From assembly GCA_963812085.1 (NCBI GenBank), contig CAWETL010000009.1:374592-438591 (forward strand): a stretch of DNA of 64,000 bases. The letters run 5' to 3'. A model generated the notes under the pieces. The model made no database searches. It had not been told where the DNA came from and was given only the letters and a program-made list of their open reading frames with translations. A program made the position numbers and the translations under genes. This DNA comes from an uncultured Gemmatimonadales bacterium (GTDB lineage: Bacteria > Gemmatimonadota > Gemmatimonadetes > Gemmatimonadales > GWC2-71-9). Shown piece by piece: positions 20,771-29,952 of this stretch; within the stretch, counting starts at the first letter, position 1, and every line of letters starts with the position of its first letter.

Positions 20771-20954
20771 GCGGCCGGGGCGCGCCGCGCGGTGGTCGGC
20801 CGTGCTCCGGCGGATTTGCGGCATGCCGGACTACGACGCGTTCGTGGCGCACCTGCGGGAGCACCACCCCGGGACCCCGGCGCCGAGCGTGCGGGAGTAC
20901 TACGCCCAGTTCGTCGCCGCCCGGTACGGCGACGCACCCACGAGGTGCTGCTGA
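20760..20954 (+). CDS. ybdD: YbdD/YjiX family small protein
   Basis: CGMPDYDAFVAHLREHHPG...ARYGDAPTRCC has the characteristic YbdD C-terminal ..RCC. It overlaps the cstA 3' end, as is usual for this pair. Confidence 0.8.
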   Translation: MRSERPGRAARWSAVLRRICGMPDYDAFVAHLREHHPGTPAPSVREYYAQFVAARYGDAPTRCC

Positions 20955-21538
20955 TGAACCGCCTGGTCCGGTATTTCGTGAATGGCCTGATCCTCTCCAC
21001 GCCGATCGCCGTCACCCTCTATGTGTGCTGGCGGTTCTTCCGCGCGGTGGACAGCTGGCTCAACCTGCCGTGGCAGGGCGTCGGGTTCCTGGTGACGGTC
21101 GCGCTGATCACGATGGTCGGCTGGCTCGCGACCACCTTCCTGTGGAATTCGCTCTTCGGGCTCGTCGAGCGGGCCATGGAACGGCTTCCGCTCGTGCGCT
21201 TTCTCTACAACTCGCTCAAGGAAGTCCTCGGCGCGTTCGTCGGGGAAAAGAAGCGCTTCGACCGGCCGGTGATCGTGAACATGATGCCGGGCGGCACCGC
21301 CCGCGCCCTGGGCTTCCTCACGCGGGAATCGCTGGACTCCCTCGGGCTGCCCGGGCTCGTGGCCGTCTACCTGCCGCAGTCGTACAACTTTGCCGGGCAG
21401 GTGCTGCTCTTCCCCGCCGAGCACGTCACGCCCCTCGTCGGCCCGGCCAGCAGCGACGTGATGGCGTTCATCGTGTCGGGGGGCGTGGTGGAAGGAGGCG
21501 AGCGGGGGAGCGAAGCGCCAGCCACCCCACCGCGGTGA
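20954..21538 (+). CDS. DUF502-like membrane protein
   Basis: ATG 20954 overlaps the ybdD stop (TGATG). MNRLVRYFVNGLILSTPIAVTLYV.. plus two TM helices are typical of DUF502. Confidence 0.6.
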   Translation: MNRLVRYFVNGLILSTPIAVTLYVCWRFFRAVDSWLNLPWQGVGFLVTVALITMVGWLATTFLWNSLFGLVERAMERLPLVRFLYNSLKEVLGAFVGEKKRFDRPVIVNMMPGGTARALGFLTRESLDSLGLPGLVAVYLPQSYNFAGQVLLFPAEHVTPLVGPASSDVMAFIVSGGVVEGGERGSEAPATPPR

Positions 21539-22676
21539 GCGCGAGGAGCGCCGCCGACACCCGGAGCGCGGCCCCCGGCCCCGAGGTCTGGTAGAGCCAC
21601 CCGAACAGGAGCCCCGCCGGCAGGGCGGCGAACCCGGTCACCGCGTGATAGGCCCCGAAGCCGCGGCCCGTCCGGACCGGTGCCAGCTGCGCCACCAGCG
21701 AGCGCTCCGCCGGCTCCAGCAGGCCGTTCGCCAATCCAAGCACGAGGAAGATTCCCACCCCCGCCAACTCGCCCGGGCTGCCGCCCATTCCCCATGACAC
21801 CGCCGCGTAGATCAGCCCGCCAACGGTCACGGTGCCCCGCGTGCCGAGCAGGTCGCTGAGCCACCCGCCCGGGTACGACGCCGCGGTGCGCACCACGTGC
21901 AGGCCGGCCCAGACCAGCGGGATCGTGGCGACGGCGACCCCGAGCCCCTGGAGCCGGAGCAGCAGCAGCGCCTCGGGCACCCGGAAGAGCGTCATCGCGG
22001 AGAGCATGAGGACCGGACCCCAGAAGACGCGCCCCGTCGCGTCGGCGACCGTGGCGGCCTTGGGTGGCGACGGCCGCTGCACGGCGTGCCGGAGGACGTA
22101 GATCAGCACCAGCAGCACCAGAAGCCCCGGCAGCACGGTCCAGCCGATCACCTGCCGCACGTCCAGGCCGTTCCGAAGCAGGAACCACGCGGCGAGGGAG
22201 CCAAGTACCGCGCCGAAGTGATCCGCCGCGCGGTGGAAGCCGAAGGCGCGCCCGAGAAGCGCCGGCGGAGTGGCCGAGGCGAGCATCGCGTCCCGCGCAG
22301 GAGTGCGAAGCCCCTTCCCCACCCGGTCGATGACGCGGAATCCGAGGACCTGCATTCCCGATCCGGCCAGCGAGATCAGCGGCCGCACCAGGAGGGCAGT
22401 GGCATACCCGCTGAGCACCAGCGGCTTCCTCCAGCCCGGGCGATCAGCCCATCGGCCAGTGATCCCCTTCAGCACAGCCGACGTGAGGTCCGAGGCGCCG
22501 TCGAGCGCCCCGAGCAGGGTCGCGCTCCCCCCGAGCGAGGTGATGAACGCCGGGAGGAGGGGATAGACCATCTCGCTCGCGAAGTCATTGAAGAGCGAGA
22601 CCAGCGAGAGACCCTTGACGGTGGCGGGGAGGCCGCGGGGCAGCGGGGAAGCGGCGGCCGGGTGTCGGGCTGTCAT
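21468..22676 (-). CDS. MFS transporter
   Basis: About 12 hydrophobic segments and an MFS-like G.WADR.GR loop (GRWADRPGWRK). Confidence 0.7.
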   Translation of the reverse strand: MTARHPAAASPLPRGLPATVKGLSLVSLFNDFASEMVYPLLPAFITSLGGSATLLGALDGASDLTSAVLKGITGRWADRPGWRKPLVLSGYATALLVRPLISLAGSGMQVLGFRVIDRVGKGLRTPARDAMLASATPPALLGRAFGFHRAADHFGAVLGSLAAWFLLRNGLDVRQVIGWTVLPGLLVLLVLIYVLRHAVQRPSPPKAATVADATGRVFWGPVLMLSAMTLFRVPEALLLLRLQGLGVAVATIPLVWAGLHVVRTAASYPGGWLSDLLGTRGTVTVGGLIYAAVSWGMGGSPGELAGVGIFLVLGLANGLLEPAERSLVAQLAPVRTGRGFGAYHAVTGFAALPAGLLFGWLYQTSGPGAALRVSAALLALTAVGWLALRSPARLLPPRPPTR

Positions 22677-22685
22677 TAAGTCATT

Positions 22686-22705
22686 GACCTATAACGTTTT
22701 AGGTC
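22686..22705. promoter_or_regulatory. 20-bp near-perfect palindrome, candidate operator
   Basis: GACCTATAAC|GTTTTAGGTC has one mismatch between half-sites. It is AT-rich in a GC-rich genome and lies 10 nt upstream of the MFS start, in the divergent intergenic region. Confidence 0.3.
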
Positions 22706-22787
22706 GAGGATCAGCGCTGCAGAGATGGCGGTTGACACCGTAGCCCCGCCTGTGGATTGGGGGCCATGCCACTAGATTTGCCCCCCC

Positions 22788-23819
22788 ATGATTGCCACCC
22801 AACTCGAGGACACCGGCTTCCGGGAAGCGACCTTGTTGTCGACTCCCATCCGCGACCTCGGCCTGACCATCGAAGGCACCCGACTCGAGCCGATCCTCGA
22901 GGAGTTCCGGCGCGAGCTCGCGGCGGCGGGATTCCGGCGGCTGACGCCCAAGTTTTACCTGTCCACCGAGTGGGGCGTGCCGTTCGAGACGGTGGCGATC
23001 GCGATTCCGTTCTACCTGGCGCGCACCGACCTGCTGGAGATGCACGCCTTCCGGACGGGACACGTGGAGGGCCGGGACCGCGAGGAGGTCCTGCGGTATC
23101 TCCGCCACGAGATGGGGCACGTCGTCAACTACGCCTATCGGCTCTACGAGACCCCGGAGTGGGAGGCCCTCTTCGGTTCGATGAGCGAGCCGTACGAGGA
23201 CGACTACCGCCCCGTCCCGTTCAGCCGCAAGCACGTCCGCCACCTGCCCGGCTGGTACGCCCAGAAGCACCCCGACGAGGATTGGGCGGAGACATTTGCC
23301 GTGTATCTGACGCCGGGCGCGGACTGGCGCGGGGAGTACGCGACCCGCCCCGAGGCCCTCGCCAAGCTCGAGTATTGCGAGCGGACGGTGCGCGCGCTGC
23401 TCGATCGCGACCCCGAGGTGGTGGACGACGAGCTGGACGAAGATGTCGGCGAACTCGACTACTCGATCGCGCAGTTCTATCGCGACCTCTCCGAGGGGGA
23501 GGCGCGCATCGCCGTCAACCTCGACACGATGCTCCGGAGCATCTTCCCGCCGAGCACCGACTGGAACGACGCCGCGCAGTCCCGCCCCGCGAGTGGGTTG
23601 ATCCAGCGGCTGGAGGGGGAGCTGCTCGGCAACATCTACCGGTGGACCGGGCACTTTCCCGAGCGGACCCGCGTCCTGGTCCAGCACCTGGCCGCGCGGG
23701 GGGCAAGCCTCGACCTGACCTATCGCGCCGCCGACGAAGCGGCCGCCACGGTGGCGCTCACTGCGCTGGTGACGTCGCTCGCCATGAACTACGTGCAGTC
23801 GGGATCCTACCTCCGCTAG
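22788..23819 (+). CDS. putative zinc-binding metallopeptidase (Peptidase_Mx-like)
   Basis: HEMGHVVNY plus a downstream ..HPDEDWAETFAVYL.. motif, which I associate with the 'putative zinc-binding metallopeptidase' family. Confidence 0.6.
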   Translation: MIATQLEDTGFREATLLSTPIRDLGLTIEGTRLEPILEEFRRELAAAGFRRLTPKFYLSTEWGVPFETVAIAIPFYLARTDLLEMHAFRTGHVEGRDREEVLRYLRHEMGHVVNYAYRLYETPEWEALFGSMSEPYEDDYRPVPFSRKHVRHLPGWYAQKHPDEDWAETFAVYLTPGADWRGEYATRPEALAKLEYCERTVRALLDRDPEVVDDELDEDVGELDYSIAQFYRDLSEGEARIAVNLDTMLRSIFPPSTDWNDAAQSRPASGLIQRLEGELLGNIYRWTGHFPERTRVLVQHLAARGASLDLTYRAADEAAATVALTALVTSLAMNYVQSGSYLR

Positions 23820-24886
23820 CTCTCCCCCGCCTTCTTCGAGGCCTCCACCGGCTTCTTCGGAGGTTCCGCGATCCGCTTGCTGCTCTCGCTGCTGGTCCTG
23901 AGTCCTGAACCACGCCGGTAGCGGTCGGTCGCGAGGTCCACGATCCGCTGGATGAGCGCCGGATAGGGAATCCCTGCCGCCGCCGCCGCCATCGCGAATT
24001 CGCTGTCCCGCGCGAGGTAGCAGCTGGCGTTCACCTCGAGCACGTAGATGTCCCCGGTGTCGGTGAGCCGAAGGTCGACCCGGCCGTAGTCGCGCACCCG
24101 GAGGGCCCGGTAGGCGTCCACCGACACCTTCTGCAGCCGGGCGCGGAGCTCGTCGGGCAAGTCGGCCAGCACCGCCTTGGTTCCCTTGTACTCCGCGCTG
24201 TTCTCGTCCCACTTGGCCTTGCTGTCGAGCACGTGCGGCATCCCCTCCGGCAGCCCCGAAAAATCCAGCTCGATCGGCGGCAGCGCGATCGGATCGTAGT
24301 TGCCGAGCACCCCCACGTAGAACTCCCGCCCCTCGATGTATTCCTCGGCCAGCGCGCTGTCGTTCAGGTCCTCGTGGATGGTGGCCACCCGGCGCATGAG
24401 CGACTTCATGTCGGTGACCAGCGAGTTTCGCCGGATGCCGATGGAGGCGTCGGTGCGGAGCGGCTTGACGAAGAGCGGCATTCGGAGGTTGCCGCCGGTC
24501 TCGAAGTCGGCGTCGCGGGCAAAGACGGCAAAACGGGGGTAGAGGATGCCGTGGAAGGCGAGGAGCTTCTTGGAGAGGGCCTTGTCCTGCGTGAGGTACG
24601 ATTCACCGGGGCCGCAGCCGGTGTACTTGAGGCCCAGGAGGTCGAGCAGTCCCTCCATCGCGATGTCGCCGAACATGTTCTCGGCGAACATCTCCACCAG
24701 GTTGAAGACCAGGTCCGGCTTCCGGCGCTGTAACCCGGCCAGGACCCGCTTGACGTCCGAGTGCACGCCGAGGATGGCGACCTTGTGCCCCTGCCGCCGG
24801 AGCGCGCGGGCCACCTGCTGCACCACCACGTCGTAGGAGGTCGAGCGCTCGGCCCCCTCGACGTACGTCAGCACCGTGATCTTCAC
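23816..24886 (-). CDS. ATP-grasp enzyme, D-alanine--D-alanine ligase family
   Basis: Ddl-like N-domain (MKITVLTY..VAILGV..) and ATP-grasp core (..DKALSKKLL..PLFVKP..EEYIEGREF..VLEVN). Confidence 0.8.
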   Translation of the reverse strand: MKITVLTYVEGAERSTSYDVVVQQVARALRRQGHKVAILGVHSDVKRVLAGLQRRKPDLVFNLVEMFAENMFGDIAMEGLLDLLGLKYTGCGPGESYLTQDKALSKKLLAFHGILYPRFAVFARDADFETGGNLRMPLFVKPLRTDASIGIRRNSLVTDMKSLMRRVATIHEDLNDSALAEEYIEGREFYVGVLGNYDPIALPPIELDFSGLPEGMPHVLDSKAKWDENSAEYKGTKAVLADLPDELRARLQKVSVDAYRALRVRDYGRVDLRLTDTGDIYVLEVNASCYLARDSEFAMAAAAAGIPYPALIQRIVDLATDRYRRGSGLRTSSESSKRIAEPPKKPVEASKKAGES

Positions 24887-24904
24887 ATGCGCCCCTCTCT
24901 CAGG

Positions 24905-26494
24905 TCAGTCGTCGAGCCCCATCCCCCAACGGATCAGTGACACCGGCAGGCCCCCGTAGCTCAGCACCGCGTCGTGGAAGGCTCGCAGCGGGGCGCCGGG
25001 CCCCGCCTCGGCGCGCCAGGAATCGCGGAGCGCCAGGATCTCCCGGCGGCCCACCGCGTCCGCGAGCGCGTAGGTCGGACGGGCGGACGCCCGGCGGACC
25101 ATCTCCATCGCCTCCTCGCGATCCACCGCCAGGTGTTCCACGGCGTATGACACGCCCTCGGCGGGTGTCATCCCACGGGTGTGGAGCCCGACGTCGAGGA
25201 TCACCCGCACCGCGGCACGGAGCCGGCGGAGCGTTCCCATCAGCCTGGCCTCCCTGCTTCCCGCAAACCCGGCGTCGGCCAGCAGCTCCTCGGCGTACAG
25301 CGACCACCCTCGCACCGTCAGCGGCGTCCAGAGGTGCTTCCGGACCAGCGAGGCCTGGGCGGCGGCCGTGCAGCGCTGCAGGAAGTGACCCGGCCAGACC
25401 TCCGCGGCAGCCCACGCCCAGGTCTCGTGCCGGGAGTGCAGCGCGCCTTCGCCGCCGTCGCCGACGTACAGCCGCCCCGGGCGGCCGCGCTCCTCCGGTC
25501 CCGGAGGCACGCACCACACCGACGGGAGGAAATGCTGGAGAAACCGCGGAGTCGGCTCGATCAGGAGTTCCGCCGGCGGCAGGCCCACCAGGCCGGCCTC
25601 GGCCACGAACCCCCGCGCCCGGCCCACCTCTTCGGCGTACGCCTCGAGGAGCGGCAGGTCCGGCGTTTCCGCGCGGAGCCGCCGGACCGTCTCCGCCCAG
25701 ACCGCGCCGGGCGCCAGCGCTTCGGCCGCCGCCTGCACCTCGGCGCCCGTTTCCTCGACCAGGCGAAGCCCGTAGCGCCAGAGTTCCGGCGCGGTGGCCC
25801 GGAGCGCGTGTTCGTGGTGCAGCCGCCGGTTGAACTCGTCCTCGCCGACGGCGAAGGACAGCTCCGCCGGATTGGCCTGCAGCTCGGTGCGGAGCGTCGT
25901 CTTGAAGTGCGCGAGGGCCGCGGCGGCCTCGGTACCTGCGGCGGCCAACGCCCCCGCGAGGGATGGCGCCAGCGCCCCGAAGCCAGACGCCACCTGGCGG
26001 GGCAATCCGGCGCCGCCCTCCACCATGGTGAGCGCGGTGCCGAGCATGACGGGTGGCGGGCTCTTGAGCGTGGCCGTGGCGGCGGCCAGAAACGCGGGCG
26101 TCGCCTCGAGCCGGGCCAGGGCGGCGGCGGCGCGGCGGTCGGTGTCCTGGTCGGCGCGGACCAGCAGGCCGTGCAGGGCGCCGAAGAGATGCGAGAGCCA
26201 GAATGCCGGGTCGTGGACGTGGGGCCGTTCGTGCTGGAAACGGAAGATCGTGACGCGGATGTCGTCGAGCAGGGCGGTGCGGTCGATTTCGTCCTGCAAC
26301 CCGGCTACTTCGAGTTCCTCCACCGCGCCCGCCATGGCCCGGAAGGCGGCCAGCTGCTGCCGGATGCTGGCGTCGTCGAACATGCCGAGGCGCGCGTCCG
26401 ACGCGGCGTCTCCCACCGCGGTGCCGGCGGCGGGATCGAAATTCCAGCGCAGGTCGAGGTAGGAACGGGCGAGGACGTCAGTGGGTCGAGGCAT
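24905..26494 (-). CDS. DUF885 family protein
   Basis: Length and an ..AAAEVWPGHFLQ.. motif (DUF885 E..PGHh.Q). Confidence 0.55.
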   Translation of the reverse strand: MPRPTDVLARSYLDLRWNFDPAAGTAVGDAASDARLGMFDDASIRQQLAAFRAMAGAVEELEVAGLQDEIDRTALLDDIRVTIFRFQHERPHVHDPAFWLSHLFGALHGLLVRADQDTDRRAAAALARLEATPAFLAAATATLKSPPPVMLGTALTMVEGGAGLPRQVASGFGALAPSLAGALAAAGTEAAAALAHFKTTLRTELQANPAELSFAVGEDEFNRRLHHEHALRATAPELWRYGLRLVEETGAEVQAAAEALAPGAVWAETVRRLRAETPDLPLLEAYAEEVGRARGFVAEAGLVGLPPAELLIEPTPRFLQHFLPSVWCVPPGPEERGRPGRLYVGDGGEGALHSRHETWAWAAAEVWPGHFLQRCTAAAQASLVRKHLWTPLTVRGWSLYAEELLADAGFAGSREARLMGTLRRLRAAVRVILDVGLHTRGMTPAEGVSYAVEHLAVDREEAMEMVRRASARPTYALADAVGRREILALRDSWRAEAGPGAPLRAFHDAVLSYGGLPVSLIRWGMGLDD

Positions 26495-27746
26495 CAGCCA
26501 CGCTCCGCTGGCGCGCCGCCGCCACCAGCCGGTGGCACTCGTCCTCCGCCAGCGTCCGGTCGGCCCGCTTGGCCGCCGAGAAGAGCGCCTCGGCCACCGC
26601 CGCCTCCTCCGGGTCGTATCCGTGTTCCTCGAGCCAGCATTTGACGTTCGACAACCCGGACACCGGCGAGATCTCGATCCGCTGGCGGAAGCCGAACGTC
26701 GCCGCCGGCACGCTCGAATAGACCCGGTCGGCCAGCCACTCGTCGCCCTTCTTGCGGGCCTTGATGATGGCCGCGGCGTGCACGCCCGTGGCGGTGCGGA
26801 AGGCGTCGGAGCCCACGACCGGGTACTGGGCAGGCACGGGGATGCCCGTAGCCTCCGAGACCAGTCGGCAGTACTCGCTCAGTTTCGACAGGTCCCCGGT
26901 GTGGAGCCCGAGCAGGAAGAGATTCACGATGAGGAGGTCCATCTCGGCGTTGCCGACCCGCTCCCCGATGCCCAGCGCGGTGCCGTGCACCCGGTCCACG
27001 CCCGCCTCGATGGCGGCGAGGCAGTTGGCCACGCCGAGGCCGCGGTCGCGGTGGCCGTGCCAGTCGATCTTCACCGATTCGCCGGACGGCGTGACGATCT
27101 CGTCCTGCACGAAGCGGATCAGCGACCGCACCCCGGCGGGCGTGGCGAAGCCGACGGTGTCGGCCAGGCAGATGCGGCGGGCGCCGCACCGGATGGCGGC
27201 GCCGTAGAGCGCCTTGAGGGTCTCGGGGCGCGCGCGGGTGGTATCCTCGGTGACGTACATGACCGGGAGGCCGTGGGACACGGCGTAGTTCACCGCCTCC
27301 TCGGAGACCCGGAGCATCTTGTCGAGCGTCCAGTCCTCGGTGTACTGGCGGATGCTCGAGGACCCGATGAACGTGGCCGCCTCGATCGGCACGCCCACCT
27401 CGTCCGACACGCGCACGATCGGCTCCACGTCGGCGACGACGGTGCGGGCGGCGCAGTTCATGTCGATGGGGAGCTTCTGGTCCACGATCTCGCGAGCGAG
27501 GGCGCGCACCTGGGCCACCGCGCGCGGGCCCGCGCCGGGCAGGCCGATGTCGGCCGCGCGCACGCCGAGGTCCGCCATGAGGTGGAGCAGGCGGATCTTC
27601 ACCTCCATCGGCGGATCGATGACGGAGGGACTCTGCAGCCCGTCGCGCAGCGTCTCGTCGTTCAGGACCACCCGGGAACGGGCGTAGTCGTACCCGCCGC
27701 CCTGAGCGTTCCAGTCGAAGACGAGTTCGTCGCGGTTCATGGTCAT
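26478..27746 (-). CDS. 2-isopropylmalate synthase / homocitrate synthase family (HMGL-like) enzyme
   Basis: LNDETLRDGLQS and HGHRDRGLGVANCLAAIEAG motifs. The start is ATG 27746 or 27740; the ORF-track N-extension to 27827 is a translation of the repeat element. Confidence 0.8.
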   Translation of the reverse strand: MTMNRDELVFDWNAQGGGYDYARSRVVLNDETLRDGLQSPSVIDPPMEVKIRLLHLMADLGVRAADIGLPGAGPRAVAQVRALAREIVDQKLPIDMNCAARTVVADVEPIVRVSDEVGVPIEAATFIGSSSIRQYTEDWTLDKMLRVSEEAVNYAVSHGLPVMYVTEDTTRARPETLKALYGAAIRCGARRICLADTVGFATPAGVRSLIRFVQDEIVTPSGESVKIDWHGHRDRGLGVANCLAAIEAGVDRVHGTALGIGERVGNAEMDLLIVNLFLLGLHTGDLSKLSEYCRLVSEATGIPVPAQYPVVGSDAFRTATGVHAAAIIKARKKGDEWLADRVYSSVPAATFGFRQRIEISPVSGLSNVKCWLEEHGYDPEEAAVAEALFSAAKRADRTLAEDECHRLVAAARQRSVADASTH

Positions 27747-27791
27747 AGTCTCACGTCTAGAGGTGCTCGGCACAAGTGGGAGCCCGCCCCA

Positions 27792-27881
27792 TTCTGTCAT
27801 TGCGAGGCCGCGAAGCGGCCGAAGCAATCTGGCCCGAGATTGCTTCGTCGGGCCCGCTGGGCCCTCCTCGCAATGACAGAA
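27792..27881. repeat. complete ~90-bp element of the hairpin repeat family (arm A forward + arm B reverse)
   Basis: Sequence: TTCTGTCATTGCGAGGCCGCGAAGCGGCCGAAGCAATCTggcccGAGATTGCTTCGTCGGGCCCGCTGGGCCCTCCTCGCAATGACAGAA. It is intercistronic, between the pyrophosphorylase stop and the leuA-like start. Confidence 0.85.
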
Positions 27882-27902
27882 CGCTGCGGCCGCGCACCGC
27901 AG

Positions 27903-28880
27903 TCAGCGCGCGTGCAGTTCGGAATCGTCGCCCAGGCTGGCGTCCCCGCGGAGGCCGCTCACCTTCACGCGGTTGCCCAGGAGGGCGCCGTCCAGCGTCG
28001 ATCCGGTGATTTCCGCGTCGCGCCCGACGATGGCGTTCCGCACCGTGCTGTCGGAAATGCGCGTCCCCGCCTCGAGCGACACGTTGGGCCCGATCGTGCT
28101 CCGCTCGACGACGACGCCGTCCTCGATGTACACCGGATCCACCACGGTGACGCCCGGGAAATCGCGCCGGCGGGCGGCGCCCTTTTCCAGCAGGATGCCG
28201 TTGGTCTCCAGCAGGGTGCCCGGCGCGCCGCAGTCGTACCAGCCGCCCACCTCGGCAGCGAGGATGCGCCGGCCGTGCTCGATCATCTGCTGGAAGGCGT
28301 CGGTCAGGTAGTACTCGCCCTTGTTGGCGGGAGCCGCCAGCACGTGGTCGATCCCGGCCCAGAGCGACGCCACGTCCCGGATGTAGTAGAGCCCGATGTT
28401 GGCGAGCTTCGAGATCGGCGTGGAGGGCTTCTCCACGATCTTCGTCATGTAGCCCTTCGCGTCGGTCACCACCACGCCGAAGCGCTGGTAGTCCTCGACC
28501 TCCTTGGCCCAGATGATCCCGTCGGCGTCGGTCCGGCGGATCAGCGACAGGTCCGCCTCGAACACCGTGTCCACGAAGATGATCAGCACCGGACCGGTCA
28601 CGTAGGGCCGCGCCAGGTTGATGGCGCCCGCGGTGCCGTCCTGCACCTTCTGCTCGATGAACCGGCAGGGGAGGCCGTAGCGGTCCTTCGCGTACGCCTC
28701 GACCGTTTCCTTCAAGTGGCCGGTGATGAAGATCAGCTCGGTGACCCCCAACCCCTCGATCCGGTCCATGACCCAGTCCATGACCGGCCGGCCCGCCACC
28801 TTGAGCATCGGCTTGGGCACGAGATGGGTGTGCGGCCGGAGCCGCGTCCCCTTGCCGGCCAGCGGAATGATGACCTGCAT
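27903..28880 (-). CDS. NDP-sugar pyrophosphorylase (nucleotidyltransferase + left-handed beta-helix C-domain)
   Basis: From ATG 28880: MQVIIPLAGKGTRLRP..PKPML (GxGTRL motif). The C-terminal hexapeptide-repeat-like region is ..VVERSTIGPNVSLEAGTRISDSTV... Confidence 0.8.
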   Translation of the reverse strand: MQVIIPLAGKGTRLRPHTHLVPKPMLKVAGRPVMDWVMDRIEGLGVTELIFITGHLKETVEAYAKDRYGLPCRFIEQKVQDGTAGAINLARPYVTGPVLIIFVDTVFEADLSLIRRTDADGIIWAKEVEDYQRFGVVVTDAKGYMTKIVEKPSTPISKLANIGLYYIRDVASLWAGIDHVLAAPANKGEYYLTDAFQQMIEHGRRILAAEVGGWYDCGAPGTLLETNGILLEKGAARRRDFPGVTVVDPVYIEDGVVVERSTIGPNVSLEAGTRISDSTVRNAIVGRDAEITGSTLDGALLGNRVKVSGLRGDASLGDDSELHAR

Positions 28881-29233
28881 CAGCTCCCCCGGCCGTAGCG
28901 GTCGGAGAGGCGGACCAGGTCGTCCAGCTCGGGCGTCGAGGCTTCCAGCACGTCGCTGTCCACCACCGCCTCGATCTGGTGCACCAGTCCGGCGGGGATG
29001 TGGACCGACTCGCCGGCGCGGAAGGCGCGCGCAACCAACTCGTCGCCGGGCCGGGTCCGCAGGATCAGCTCGCCGGAGAGGACGTGCATCGTCTCGTCCT
29101 TCTTGTTGTGGTACTGCAGGCTCAGCACATGGCCCGCCTTCACGTGCAGCACCTTGCCCACGTAGCGGTCGGTCCGGGCCCAGATGAGTTCGTGACCCCA
29201 CGGCTTGTCCACCCGGTATGGCACGTCCGGCAT
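28880..29233 (-). CDS. cupin domain protein (mannose-6-phosphate isomerase type II-like)
   Basis: From ATG 29233: KPWGHELIWA...KAGHVLSLQYHNKKDETMHVLSG is a cupin motif. 1-nt overlaps with both neighbours. Confidence 0.7.
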   Translation of the reverse strand: MPDVPYRVDKPWGHELIWARTDRYVGKVLHVKAGHVLSLQYHNKKDETMHVLSGELILRTRPGDELVARAFRAGESVHIPAGLVHQIEAVVDSDVLEASTPELDDLVRLSDRYGRGS

Positions 29234-29817
29234 CAAGTCTCCACCATGCGAAGTTTGAAGGAAGACGGCGACGTCACGCACGCGCGGACGCACACCCCGC
29301 ATCCGACGCAGCCCTCGGCCCGGATGACCGGGTGCCCGGCGTCGTCCATGGACAGCGCCCGCTCGCCGATCGGGCAGGCCTTGGCACAGACGCCACATTC
29401 CGACCCGTGAAAGGTGATGCACCGCTCAGGCAGGAGCTCGAGGACACCGAGGTGCTGGCCGACCCACCCGCTCGCCGGGACCGTCAGCGCCTCGGTCGGG
29501 CAGGCCGCCGCGCACGGCATGTCCGGGCAGGCGATGCACGGCTGCAGCTTCGGGTCGAAGAACGGCGTGCCGGCCGCGAGCCCCGCGCTCGGCGCGGCGA
29601 ACTGGATCGCGTGCGGCGGGCAGACCGGGCCGCAGGCGCCGCAGCGCGTGCAGGCAGTCAGGAACCCCACCTCCGGCAGCGCGCCCGGCGGCCGGAAGTA
29701 GCGCTGCTGGATGACGGTGTTTTCGGCCTTCTCGACCAGATTCTCGATCCAGTCGCCGACCATGTCGCGGAAGAAACCCCGCCGGTCGCCGCCGCGTCTA
29801 TCCCAGGGCCCGGTCAT
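29233..29817 (-). CDS. NapF/MauM-like ferredoxin-type protein with multiple 4Fe-4S motifs
   Basis: RRGFFR...RPPGALPE..FLTACTRCGACGPVCP matches the NapF-like N-terminus. Further clusters are CIACPDMPCAAACP, CGVCAKACP and CVGCGVCVRAC. Confidence 0.75.
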   Translation of the reverse strand: MTGPWDRRGGDRRGFFRDMVGDWIENLVEKAENTVIQQRYFRPPGALPEVGFLTACTRCGACGPVCPPHAIQFAAPSAGLAAGTPFFDPKLQPCIACPDMPCAAACPTEALTVPASGWVGQHLGVLELLPERCITFHGSECGVCAKACPIGERALSMDDAGHPVIRAEGCVGCGVCVRACVTSPSSFKLRMVET

Positions 29818-29844
29818 GCAGGAAGTCTAGCTGGCACGACCACT

Positions 29845-29942
29845 TTCTGTCATCGCGCGGCCATAACCCCTTCTGTCATTGCGAGGCCCCGACCCCATCT
29901 GTCATTGCGAGGCCCCTCGGAGCCCCTTCTGTCATCGCGAGG
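29845..29942 (+). repeat. tandem array of four truncated terminal motifs (stubs) of the hairpin repeat family
   Basis: TTCTGTCATCGCGCGG (29845), TTCTGTCATTGCGAGG (29871), ATCTGTCATTGCGAGG (29897) and TTCTGTCATCGCGAGG (29927). The full arm A follows at 29953, giving periods of 26/26/30/26 nt. Confidence 0.85.
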
Positions 29943-29952
29943 CGACAACCCC

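Noticed and set aside
27747-27827. N-terminal extension of the LeuA-like ORF (MLRPLRGLAMTE...), plus similar ..LRGLAMTE.. / ..CHCEEAP.. peptides in several small ORFs (29932..30270, 30341..30583, 30402..30599, 50507..50797, 55911..).
   Set aside because: These peptides are just translations of the hairpin repeat arms in different frames, not conserved protein motifs.
29770-29817. Twin-arginine (Tat) signal in the ferredoxin (..DRRGFFRDMV..).
   Set aside because: No hydrophobic h-region or cleavage site follows. The RRxFF + RPPGA pattern is the usual cytoplasmic NapF/MauM-type N-terminus.
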